From: Octopus sinensis
Taxonomy: Eukaryota
DNA: 64,000 nt
Assembly: GCF_006345805.1 (NCBI RefSeq)
Contig: NC_042999.1
Coordinates: forward strand, 155,124,001-155,188,000
Direction of reading: 5' to 3'
How positions within the stretch are numbered: the stretch's first letter is position 1; each line of letters begins with the position of its first letter. The notes beneath the pieces were generated by a model. It saw only the letters and a list, made by a program, of their open reading frames with translations, searched no databases and was not told where the DNA came from. Below are positions 52,853-64,000 of this stretch, piece after piece. The position numbers and the translations under genes were made by a program.

Positions 52853-53514
52853 AAAGATAAGAGAATAATGTATAACACAACAGTGATGTCATACATCATG
52901 AGAAAGTAAAAAGTAACCGTGAACGTTAATTTTCATAATAGAGAAAAAAAATCAGTTTTTGATCTAAAAACGACCTTTAAAATGTGGTAAAACTATAAAA
53001 TCCGGAAGTTAACTCATGCTGACTTGAGTCAACGGGAGTTATTTAGTCCGATAATGATTTTCAAAGTTAACTTAAAAGTTAAATCATTAACGAAAATGTT
53101 AACTTTGTTAATTAACGGTTAACGGATCAACGGTCTGCTAAACACACTAAGTTCCTTTTGGAGATGTCACAGCATGTGGCATTCCAGATGAGGAGGAGGC
53201 CAACCATTACGGAAGCGTAAAATTATCGAACCGTCAGGCCTTTTACCCTCCCCTCAGTCTCGCGCCGCTGGCTCGAACTGGGAAAGGAAACCTGTGGCGT
53301 CTAAACCATGCTTTATGATTTCATTGAGAGCAGAATGGTTTAGAAGGCGGCCAGCACTATAATGGTATCTTGTCTTGTCCGATCCTTATTTTCGCCAATC
53401 TACAAAAATTAAATCGAGAAATATGAAGAGATTAAAAACTCTGAAGAGCATGAAAGCAGTGGTTCATGTATTTTGTGTGAGCTGGTGAAAAGGTAAGAAA
53501 AATGGTTGCTTAAA

Positions 53515-53789
53515 AGCGAGAGAGGAGAGAAAGGCAGACAGAGACAGATAGGTGGACACAGAGAGACAGGCAGACACGGAGAGACAGGCGGACACAGAGA
53601 GAAAGACAGAGAGAGAGACAGACTAACAGAGAGAGAGAGAGAGCGACAGGCAGACACAGAAAGACAGGTAAACACAAAGAGACAGGCGAACATAGAGAGA
53701 CAGACAAAGAGAGACAGACAGAGAGACAGACAGACACAGAAAGACAGGCAAACACAAAGAGACAGGCGGATACAGAGAGACAGACTAAC

Positions 53790-53820
<31 letters not shown>

Positions 53821-53885
53821 GACTGGAAGACAGAGATAGAGTGAGGGGTAGACAGAGAGAGAAGGAAAAGAGAAACAAAGAGATC
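53515..53885. repeat. Degenerate (GACA)/(GA)-rich tract
   Basis: Direct reading. Confidence 0.9.
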
Positions 53886-54092
53886 AGTATTGAGTTCTGG
53901 GGATTATGTGGCTAAGCAGGGGTTCGATAAACACCTGAAATTTTTTGAGCAGTAAGGGTGCTGAATTATTATCAGTAAACTGAATCTGGAAGAGTGTGTG
54001 TAATTTAAGGCCGAAACTCAATAATTTCCTGCCAAATATTAATGCAATTACACCTATTCACCAAACACATATTTCGCATTAAATATTCTGAA

Positions 54093-54389
54093 TATATCAA
54101 TAAAATATTACTTAATTTTTATATCAATAAAATATTACTTAATTTTTATATCAATAAAATATTACTTAATTTTTATATCAATAAAATATTACTTAATTTT
54201 TATATCAATAAAATATTACTTAATTTTTATATCAATAAAATATTACTTAATTTTTATATCAATAAAATATTACTTAATTTTTATATCAATAAAATATTAC
54301 TTAATTTTTATATCAATAAAATATTACTTAATTTTTATATTAATAAAATATTACTTAATTTTTATATCAATAAAATATTATTTAATTTT
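54093..54389. repeat. 27-bp minisatellite, 11 nearly identical copies
   Basis: Unit TATATCAATAAAATATTACTTAATTTT; only two internal substitutions seen. Confidence 0.95.
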
Positions 54390-54514
54390 TACAGTCTCTG
54401 TAACTAGTTTCATTAAATTTCTTTGAATATTTTTTATTAAAACCGTTAATAACACAAATGTACGAAGGAATTATTGTGGTGAAATCAAGATTTTTCTTTT
54501 TTTTTTATCAATAT

Positions 54515-55392
54515 ATTTTTTCCTTGTTTCAGTCATTAGACGGCAGCCATGCCTTGAAGAACACCGCATTGAAGAATTTTTAATCGTGCGAATCGACCCT
54601 CGTTCTTGATATTTTTTGTTGAGTCTAGTACTTATTCCATTGGACCTTTTTCCCCAAACTGCTAAGTTACGGGGTCGTAAACACACCAACATGGGTTGAC
54701 AAGCGATGGTGGAGGACAAACACAGACAATAAGACACGCATGCACACACTAACATAAATACACGTATGCTGTTACGTTCTGAGTTCAAATTCCACCGAGG
54801 TCGACTTTGCCTTTCATCCTTTCGGGGTCGATACCAATTGCGTACTGGTGTCGATCTAATCGACTGCCCCCACCAAAAAAAAAAAAAAATTCGGGCCTTG
54901 TGCCAAGAGTATAAAAAGAAAAAAGAATCGCTAGCGCATTGGACAAAATGCTTCGATGTGTTTCTTCTGGCTCTTTATGTTTTGAGTTTAAATTTCACCG
55001 ATGCCCACTTTGCCTTTTATTTTTTCGAGGTCGATAAAATAAGTCCCAGTTGAGCACTGGGGTCGATAGAATCGATTAGCCTCCTACCGCAAAATTTCAG
55101 ACCCGGCTCCTACTGTAGAAAGAATTATTATTAAGGCAACGAGCTGGTAGAATTGTTTGTGTGCCGAACAAAATACTTAGCCCCAAGTGGGTAGTAAATA
55201 AAAATAGGTAATTCGTGTGTCGCTACGTTCTGAGTTCAAATTCCGCCGAGGTCGACTTTGCCTTTCATCATTTCGGGGTCGATAAATTAAGTAACAGTTA
55301 CGCACTGCGGTTGATGTAATCGACTTAATCCCTTTGTGTGTCCTTGTTTGTCCCCTCTATGTTTAACCCCTTGTGGGCAATAAAGAAATAAG
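54515..55392. mobile_element. SINE cluster: B 3' half (-, 54515-54765) and three SINE-A pieces (+)
   Basis: Family motifs as above. Confidence 0.75.
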
Positions 55393-55847
55393 AATGTTCT
55401 AGTTTATTTGAACACAGTCACCGGGTACTGCGAATACTCAGTAATTAACCATGCACCATGATTTTACTAAATGATTTCGGTATTTGTGTAGTGGCGTGTA
55501 GACACAGACACTGTCTCGGCTCTCCAGCCTTTAACCCACTAAAATATAACTGCTGAGCGGAGAGACAGCTGCACTATCAGTCGGTTGATGCTTATTTCGA
55601 CCGAAGAAAGTAACGTAAAAAGACTTGCATTAATCAAAGACATAACATGCCTCCCAGTCTGGGAATCGAAACTAAGACTTCATGAGCTGAATATCCTAGA
55701 CACTCGACCTTTCACCTTGACATGTTATTTTTGTAAAATAACTAAAAGCAGCTACAAATAACAAATAACAAAAAACGGCAAAAATACAAAAAAGTTTATA
55801 GCTAATAACATTAGGTTGACATTCAACGAAAAACGTTGAGAGTAAAA

Positions 55848-55884
55848 GTTATTACGTTTTGGACATAGTTCTTCTTCGGATACT
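55848..55884 (-). ncRNA. Degenerate hammerhead motif
   Basis: TAT-CCGAAGA-A-GAAC-TAT-GTCC-AAAAC-GTA-ATA (U4C, G12A). Confidence 0.4.
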
Positions 55885-55994
55885 AGAGTAAAGTCCAGGA
55901 CAAACTGGAAATAGAAAAAGAGACGAAAAGGAGTTTAAAAAATGGGGGAAAGCCATGAAAAATACTTATTTTTCTTTTCTTTTCTTTTTTTTTT

Positions 55995-56330
55995 TTAGTT
56001 TCAGCTCAGGGCTGCGGCCATGCTGATGCACCGCCGTTTTGCTACACTGTTATTACTAAGAGCCTCCGCTAATATGTGGCACTTGGTGAAGAATGGAGTT
56101 TGATATAGCTACCTTCATTTGCACCTCTTGCCGTGAGGTAGGTTCATCTGGGACTCTCGACAGGAAGAGGTCCAGCTTTGATTTAAAAACCGCTGTATCT
56201 ACTTTGTGCAAGTTCCTCAGACTCTTTGGGAGAATATTAAAAAGCTGTGGGCCCTTGAAACCCAGGCTGTTGCAGTAGCTGGTCCTGAAGCGTGATGGCA
56301 TTGCTGGGATCTTTGACACGTATGTGGATT
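55995..56330 (-). mobile_element. CR1-like LINE 3' end
   Basis: YCNSLGFKGPQLFNILPKSLRNLH...DLFLSRVPDEPTSRQEVQ; tail and poly(A). Confidence 0.9.
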
Positions 56331-56734
56331 ACGGTTCACATGTTCGACCGCTTTTGTAATATTTATGGATACTAACATACGTCTAGCTCGAGGGAATGCA
56401 CTTGTTTTATTTATCTGTAAATATTTCCAGCGTCCAAGATTCTTTATATTAGTTTCATCTGATTTTTAACCTCGATAGTTTAAAATATTGTTTGATACGT
56501 CTGAAGTACTGATGTACTGAATAGTTATTAGATTTAGATTGAAAGTCTTCAGTCATGTATGTTTATTCTATTAGAATTGACTGGCTCGATGTTAACAAAA
56601 ACTCGAGAGTTAAAATAGATCGAATGGTTACAACTGGAACGTCTTTGGTCAACACTGGCTGGGGTTAATCTACAACAATTGTAGCGTTGAGAAATAGGTT
56701 GAATGGTCAAAAATGAAACGTTTTTGATCATACT

Positions 56735-56937
56735 CTTTTACTTGTTTCAGTCATTTGACTGCGGCCATGCTGGAGCACCGCCTTTAGTCGAGCAAATCGA
56801 CCCCGGGACTTATTCTTTTTGTAAGCCCAGTACTTATTCTATCGGTCTCCTTTTTGCCGAACCGCTAAGTGACGGGGACGTAAACACACCGGCATCGGTT
56901 GTCAAGCAATGCTAGGGGAACAAACACAGACACACAA

Positions 56938-56988
<51 letters not shown>

Positions 56989-57152
56989 CATATATATGAC
57001 AGGCTTCTTTCAGTTTCCGTCTACCAAATCCACTCACAAGGCATTGGTCGGCCGGGGGCTATAGCAGAAGACACTTGCTCAAGATGCCACGCAGTGGGAC
57101 TGAACCCGGAACCATGTGGTTGGTTAGCAAGCTACTTACCACTCCTGCGCCT
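56735..57152 (-). mobile_element. SINE family B, full length
   Basis: Same structure as the other copies. Confidence 0.9.
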
Positions 57153-58299
57153 TTAGTTTAACTTTTTTTTACACTGACTTGGGTTAAACAATGGAACATA
57201 CAGCTGTATCGATTAAAACTACGTTAACGAAGACAAATTTTGTGTTCGAGAATTTGCTTTTAACTGTGGGCGAGATATTGAATGATTGCTCGGTCTCCCA
57301 TGCTCACAGCTCACAAAATATATTGCAGCTGATACTGTATTGTTGAACGATAAATATCGAACGTGTTTCTCTAATTCTTTTACAAACTCAATTAGAGCGT
57401 GATAGCGTTACAAATATAAATAACTGTGGAGACAATTTCAAAATAAACAAGGACGAAAATTGATCATTGATTTCTATAAATATTGTATTTAATGCAATGC
57501 ACATAAACCTAAAAGCGGGCACTAGAGAGCTACATCTGGCCAACGAGACTGTTTTTTATGGCTTGTCAATGTTGATTTGTTTGTAGTTAGTTATGTGTTG
57601 AGCGCTGTTAAAGTAGATTCTTTTTTTCTCTCGCTCTTTCTTTCTGTGTCTCTCTGACTCTCTTTCTCCCCCCCCCTCTCTCTCTCTCTCTCCTCTCTCT
57701 CTCTTTCTTTTCCTCTTTCCCATCTGGAAGAAATCGACTGAAGTCAGACCTGGAGAGGAATTTGCTGTCAGATCCAGGTCTAAAACGACAGGTCATATGT
57801 CTTGACGATGCCTCTACAACTCTGTCAAGAAGTTGACGACCGAAGATAAGGCAAGGCAAATATATAATATTGTCTTTGCACTTAGTACGTAGGCACCACA
57901 ACCATAACGTGTACTGTCGAAGATTGTATCACGCTGATAAGGTCAGAATAATACGGAAACGTGTCTAGAATTAACTGTCATGCTTGCCACATATTTATTT
58001 AGAGTTCATTTTTAAAATTCTCTGTGAATTACCATAAATAGATTAAAACTAAATATCACAATAAACACAAACTAAAACACAGATATCTTTGAAATTAAGC
58101 AAATCTTAACATTATCAATATTCGTTCCTTCATAAAACCCACAGAAAGCTACCATTCATTGCAAAAAGCTCTAACAATCCACCAGCCTTCATTAAAATGG
58201 TAGTTTAAAATATCGACATATACCGATTGTCATCGGATCGTCCTGGTACTATAGTGATGACCTGTTGCTAGGTAGTTTCAAGGGCAAAATTTAATACTC

Positions 58300-58693
58300 G
58301 TTTTACTTGCTTCAGTCATTTGACTGTGGCCATGCTGGAGCACCGCCTTTAGTCGAGCAAATCGACCCCAGGACTTATTCTTTGTAAGTCTAGTACTTAT
58401 TCTATAGGTCTCTTTTGCCGAACCGCTAAGTTACAGGGACGTAAGCATACCAGCATCGGTTGTCAAGCGATGTCGGGGGGACAAACACAGATACACAAAC
58501 GTATACACACATATATATATACATATATACGACGGGCTTCTTTCAGTTTCCGTCTACCAAATTCATTCACAAGGCTTTGGTCGGCCCGAGGCTATAGTAG
58601 GAGACACTTGCCCAAGGTGCCATCGCAGTGGGACTGAACCCGGAACCATGTGGTTCGTAAACAAGCTACTTACCACACAGCCACTCCTACGCC
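58300..58693 (-). mobile_element. SINE family B, full length
   Basis: Same structure as the other copies. Confidence 0.9.
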
Positions 58694-60167
58694 TACACTT
58701 AACGTATATCACAATTAATGAAAACTCTTATCGGAAACACGAAATAATACAGCTTACCTCATTTCAGTTTTGATACCAGAAAAATCTAGTAATTTTTCCA
58801 ATTTAATAAATACACTTCAACAATCACGGTACTATGAAACATTTAGCAGAAATGTCTTTAATCTAAGTTACAAATTTATATTTAACTTCGCATAAAATAT
58901 GATAAACATCATCGCCCAAAACATATCAGCCCTCATTAGCCTTAGTTCCTTCAGTATGTAACTTCATGAACCCGCAAAATAGTCCGCTCGACCCTTTATT
59001 TTTCAAGACATTAGTCGCATACCATATAGATATTTTTCAAAGCAGCGCAACACAGTTAATTATCACATCGGCCTAACCTACACTCAGTTTTTACCTCAAC
59101 ATAGACACCTTCAGGTGTGTCATCAGAGATCAAACACCAGTTTGTCTTAGTACAGGTGGTGACTTAAGGGTTAACAGAACACCAACAACATCAAGTTGCC
59201 TCATTTGAAGATGAAGTGACCAATATCTCAAGCCGTCTACGTGTAGGTTAGCATTTACATATGCCCAATTTCCTAGACCTGTATGTTTCACTGCGCTCCC
59301 ATTGCCACAGGGCTTCTGTTTTTTGGTACGTCCACATAACACTCCGAGAATCCAAGAAGTTACCGTGTGTGAATTTGTTTCTAGTGTATAAAGTGTACGC
59401 TGCACTGAACCAAATTTTCATCGCAATCAACTATAATATCAGTGGCACTTCATGTTCTTTATACGTGCTTATCTTTCTGCAGAAGGATGCTCTAAAGAGA
59501 ACTAGAGGTCCTTCATTCCAAATAGTCAGGAGTCTGTCATTCCCAGCTATTGGATGATCGATGACTCTACGGAGTTCATCCGTCCCTTCACAGGTTTTGC
59601 TTTATATTATTTATTAATAATATAAATTTTAGTTCATAGATAAATTAAATATAGAGGTATGCTATTGACAATGCAATAATTTATTTATATCACAATATTA
59701 CATTAAATACTATGAATATAATATAACATAACATAATATTATATAACAAATAATTATGAAAACTATAAAAGGCCAACAAATTGTTTCGACTTATATTTTT
59801 TCTGCTATTCATAATCACGGTTCCATTATTTATAAAGTCACTTCATGGTCATGGTTTAGAAAAAGACGAAATTCCGTGTGAAAGGACGGGCGAATTGTAA
59901 AAATTAATTCAAATGTCTATGTATTATGAGCGTGAGCGTAAACTATTCAATGACACATCAATTACGATGAAAAAACAACAAAACATTATAACAGATGATA
60001 AAATCAAGTGCAATCCACAACCATCGAAATTCACTTCATTTCATCTCAAACTCATACCGACTGAAACCTTTTCATGTCCAAGATAATCGCTTGTCACCAC
60101 TACATACAACAATAAGAATGTGTGTATATAAATGCATATAAGTATCCAAGTCTTCTCCTACGTATAG

Positions 60168-60487
60168 GAGCACTCCGTCGGTTACGACGACGAGGGTCCC
60201 AGCTGATACGATCAACGGAACAGCCTGCTCGTGAAATTAACGTGCAAGTGACTGAGTACTTCACAGACACGAGTACTCTTAACGTAGTTCTCAGGAAGAT
60301 TCAGCGTGACACAGAGCGTAACAAAACCGGCCCTTTGAAATACAGGTACAACTCATTTTTGCCAGCTGAGTAGACTGGAGCAACGTGAAATAAAGTGTCT
60401 TGCTCAAGGACGCAACGAATCGCCGGGAATCGAACTCACGACCTTACGATCGTGAGCCGAATGCCCTAACCACTAAGCCACGTGCCT
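60168..60487 (-). mobile_element. SINE family C, full length
   Basis: Head GGCACGTGGCTTAGTGGTTAGGG, core and tail. Confidence 0.9.
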
Positions 60488-60524
60488 ACGTATAACTGCA
60501 ACAAAATATATAAACAATTACGTA

Positions 60525-60577
60525 ATATATATATATATAATTTATATATATATATAATAACATAAATATAAATATTG

Positions 60578-60628
<51 letters not shown>

Positions 60629-60821
60629 TATATCATATTTATATTATGTAGTATATATATATCAATATATATATTATATATATATATATACATATATCAA
60701 TATTGATATATAGATATATATATCAATATTTATATTTATGTATGTATATATATCAATATAATATATTTATGTTATATATATATACTACATAAATATAAAT
60801 ATTATTATATATATATATATA

Positions 60822-60853
<32 letters not shown>

Positions 60854-60915
60854 GATATATATATATATATAATATATATATATATATATTATATATATAT
60901 ATATAATATATATAT
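60525..60915. repeat. Degenerate (TA)n tract
   Basis: Direct reading. Confidence 0.9.
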
Positions 60916-61445
60916 ACGTTCATAATTCCTTTTTTCCAAGATTCCTGGGTGAAATCGTGTGTGTTGAAACAGATATTGTTGTATTTCGGGACGGTCACTT
61001 TTTCTTTTGCCAAATAAACACACGCACTAGACTGCTTTTCTTCACTCGTTTATTACTGTCCTTATTTTATTGTTCTAACTCATGGCCATAGTCTGGAAAT
61101 TTTTCGTCACACATCTGTGACCTCTTCAGATATATATATATCTATGGGGTATTTTGGGTATACACTCTCTGGTCTATATTAACACTTATTACGGAATTCT
61201 CCCTGCGATGAATTAAATAAAGGGAGAAATTTTCATTAGGTTTCTAGTCATATCTCCTACGGTATTATCCCCCCGAGACAATAGTAAATATAGAAGATTA
61301 TCATTAGTTAATGTAAACAATAATTTTTTTTAACACCAATTAATTTAAATAGATAAACGAGTTATTGTATTGAAGATGTAATTGTTTATATATTTTTGTT
61401 GCAGTTATACGTAGGCACGTGGCTTAGTGGTTATTTATATTTATG

Positions 61446-61487
<42 letters not shown>

Positions 61488-61719
61488 CCAGGTTCCTTCA
61501 CGTCTGTCTGTATTTATATATTTATATATGTATATATTTATTTATTAATTTATTTATATTACTTCAACATCCAAACTTCCTCATTCTACATTGAGAGAAG
61601 AACGGGATGGACGCTTCATTTTTATGCTGTTGCCGCATTATGTCGTACGCGAATGAGAGGATTTGCATCCCCAACCAAGAATTTTTGATGTAATACATGT
61701 CTTGTGGAAGTAGTTGTGC

Positions 61720-61797
61720 GCGGCTGAAGAAGGCCACAGACACACATTATGCATTGTTATAAATCCGTCAAATAAAGGCCCGAAACATATGTACCGC
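61720..61797 (+). ncRNA. Type-I hammerhead ribozyme, near-intact
   Basis: GCGG-CTGAAGA-A-GGCC...GGCC-C-GAAAC-ATAT-GTA-CCGC. Confidence 0.8.
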
Positions 61798-61909
61798 TGA
61801 ATCCTTGGCATCATGTTTTTATTTTGATTAATTTACTCCACCACCTACACCACCAAACGGTATATACAGGTGCTTACAATTATCAAGTACTCACCCCGAA
61901 TTTCTATAT

Positions 61910-61942
<33 letters not shown>

Positions 61943-61954
61943 GATATTATATAT

Positions 61955-61997
<43 letters not shown>

Positions 61998-62419
61998 GAG
62001 TAAAGCAAGATAGATAGATAAAGAGAGAGAGCGGAAGTAAGACAGACAGACAGACAGACAAACGCATTATATATATATATATATAATATATATATATATG
62101 CGTGTATATATGTATATGCTTGTGTGTATATATATGTACATATATGCGTGTTGTGTGTATATGTGTGTGTATTTGTGTGTGTGCTGGTGTGCATGTGTGT
62201 ATGCATACACACAGACATACCAATATTTGTTCTTATGTTACAAAACCAACTTTTGCACGTAACCGAAAGATTACTCAATTCGTTAGGTAAAGTTGCAAAT
62301 ATATTTTTGTTTAACAAGAATTGTATTGACAGTGAATTCGAAGTTACAGCCAGCCAAGGCATCATATATCATAATAAAGTATTTTAAAAGTAATACTGCT
62401 GAATTTTAGCATTATCTTT

Positions 62420-62640
62420 CTAGACTGCTTATGAAGGATTGTCAGAATTGGTAGGGGGTCGGACATATATCTTCAGTATTTTTAGTTCTGAGTTCAAATC
62501 CCGGCAGAGTCGAACTTTGTATTTCATCTTACATGGCTTGATGAAATAAATACATTTAAATTGTGTAGTGCGGTTCGATTAAATAGTCATTCCCGCCCGA
62601 CAAAAAATGTATGAGGTTGCTCTTTTGTCAGAAATTATTA
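62420..62640 (+). mobile_element. Old SINE family A copy
   Basis: TTCTGAGTTCAAATCCC...GTCGAACTTTG, decayed. Confidence 0.6.
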
Positions 62641-62644
62641 TTCT

Positions 62645-62881
62645 TATTCTATTGTGTCTGGGGAGAGTCATTTTCTTTTTGTGCCTTATAATGTAACACA
62701 CTCACCGGTGAAATTTCCACTTATTTCTTATTTTTATTTTCCTAAAATTTTCGTTGCGTCTTGCAACCTTTTCGAGAGTCTTAGGAAAATAAAAATAAGA
62801 AATAAGTGGAAATTTTACCAGTGAGTGTGTTACATTATAAGGCACAAAAAGAAAATGACTCTCCCCAGACACAACAGAATA
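62645..62881. mobile_element. Palindromic (foldback) MITE: 101-bp arms, 35-bp spacer, TA ends
   Basis: 62645-62745 versus the reverse complement of 62781-62881 shows 3 mismatches. Confidence 0.9.
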
Positions 62882-63013
62882 TGTTTCAACACACGAACTC
62901 ATATAAAGAATCTTGCAACCAAATCCAAAACGAAATATTATTCTTATATTCCATAACAAATTCTTAAGTAAAATTAGTTGTTTTCTTTTCGTTCTTTCAG
63001 CTGAATCTGCCAA

Positions 63014-63083
63014 ATGTTAAAAACAATGGCTGTACCCTTTCTTCTCCTGGTCATTATGCTGCATTATGGCAATGCAGCTGAAG
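63014..63083 (+). CDS. First coding exon of an unidentified secreted or membrane protein (signal peptide MLKTMAVPFLLLVIMLHYGNAAE-)
   Basis: Acceptor TTTTCTTTTCGTTCTTTCAG before 63001; ATG at 63014 with A at -3; n/h/c signal-peptide layout; donor AAG|GTAAAC at 63083/63084; phase-1 intron. Confidence 0.7.
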
Positions 63084-63546
63084 GTAAACCGTCTATATTC
63101 ATTTCTGTTTTCTATTTTTTAGTCAGCACGTGACATATTTTCCCCTTTTGATAGACACAAATGTTAATTGTGTTTGAGGTTACATTGGATGATAAGTTAA
63201 ACACACACCTAAATAAAATACAATTAAAAAAAAAAACTCAACTACATTATACAATGAGACAAAATTTGTTTATTCAATTAACTTTTCACTCGTAATGGAA
63301 AAAGCCATTAACGTTCATGATAAAACTTGCGAAAAAATGCAAGGGAGACAACTCCAAAATCCGTATAGATTGAAAATTCAATGGAAGCATATAGACGAGA
63401 AAGGAGTTTGAACTTCGGTTTCGGTAATTACAACCGACGCTTAAGCCTAAATTAATAATTCGGATTTCAGAGTTGTCCCATTTCCTTGACAAGATTTATC
63501 ATTTAGGTCCATATTTCTCCTTTCATTCACAACGGTGATTTTCAAC

Positions 63547-63762
63547 CAGTGGTTCTCAGCCATTTTTTGCCTATGGACTCCGTTGATCCCTATCTTACTC
63601 TGTTGGATCCCCATAGACATTCCATATCTTTAAAAACCCCATTATATTTTTGATAATTAAATACTATTAGGAATTTTATTTCAAAAATTGTTAAAATACT
63701 TTTAATAACAAAATTTTACCTGAACCCCTAAGTGTCATATAGACATCGGTTGACAACCACTG
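63547..63762. mobile_element. hAT-type MITE
   Basis: TIRs CAGTGGTTCTCAGCC / GGTTGACAACCACTG. 8-bp TSD-like TTTTCAAC / TTTTAAAT (6/8). Confidence 0.75.
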
Positions 63763-64000
63763 TTTTAAATTATTTGTTGGAAGTCACTGTCATTATTAAA
63801 TTATTTGTTAGAAGGATCGGTACATCAATTACATTAGCCCCCAACTTAACCATATATTCTTCATACAGTACCTATACAGTACTAACACCCTCCATTCAAA
63901 ATTTCTTGGTCTGTGCCTTAACTAGAATCCGTCGTTCTTCACTTGCAACAGTGTTGGACTTACAGAATGGTTATAAAGTCGGAAAAAATTATATTCGGTA

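Noticed and set aside
52881-53150. Cluster of GTTAAC motifs suggesting a DNA transposon with subterminal repeats
   Set aside because: Matching TIRs and a TSD could not be defined.
53506-53878. RQTER- or SLSV-rich ORFs on both strands
   Set aside because: They come from a degenerate GA/GACA simple repeat.
54042-54407. (YINKILLNF)11 ORF, or a CRISPR-like array
   Set aside because: A head-to-tail 27-bp repeat with no spacers and no cas genes; the open frame is explained by the unit length.
58030-58920. Possible PLE RT or linker remnants flanking the SINE-B copy
   Set aside because: The resemblance (RKLPFIAKSSN; FSRNVFNLSY) is too degenerate to support.

Overview
AT-rich, microsatellite-dense eukaryotic DNA. 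The SINE and LINE repertoire points to an octopus (Octopus sp.) genome; this is an inference, no database search was run. Most of the window is intergenic or intronic. It holds many tRNA-derived SINEs (labelled A-E here), decayed non-LTR retrotransposons (CR1/L2-like, Tx1/L1-like, RTE, Dong/R4-like), Penelope-like element (PLE) remnants, Tc1/mariner, hAT and pogo-type MITEs, Helitron pieces and long simple repeats. Nearly all listed ORFs are simple-repeat artefacts or decayed transposon frames. The only convincing host coding sequence is a signal-peptide exon at 63001-63083 (+). Main observations: (i) about 13 minimal type-I hammerhead ribozyme motifs, several near-intact, including a three-copy family with a fixed A6U core change; (ii) a covarying 3' stem-loop shared by SINE-B and the CR1-like LINE; (iii) SINE-A multimers with a 184-bp repeated unit, one flanked by a TSD; (iv) an 18-bp tandem amplification of a SINE 5' end that reads as a beta-helix-like hexapeptide ORF; (v) several foldback or inverted duplications, one about 120 bp upstream of the coding exon. 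No prokaryotic-type system, CRISPR array or intact transposon ORF was found.
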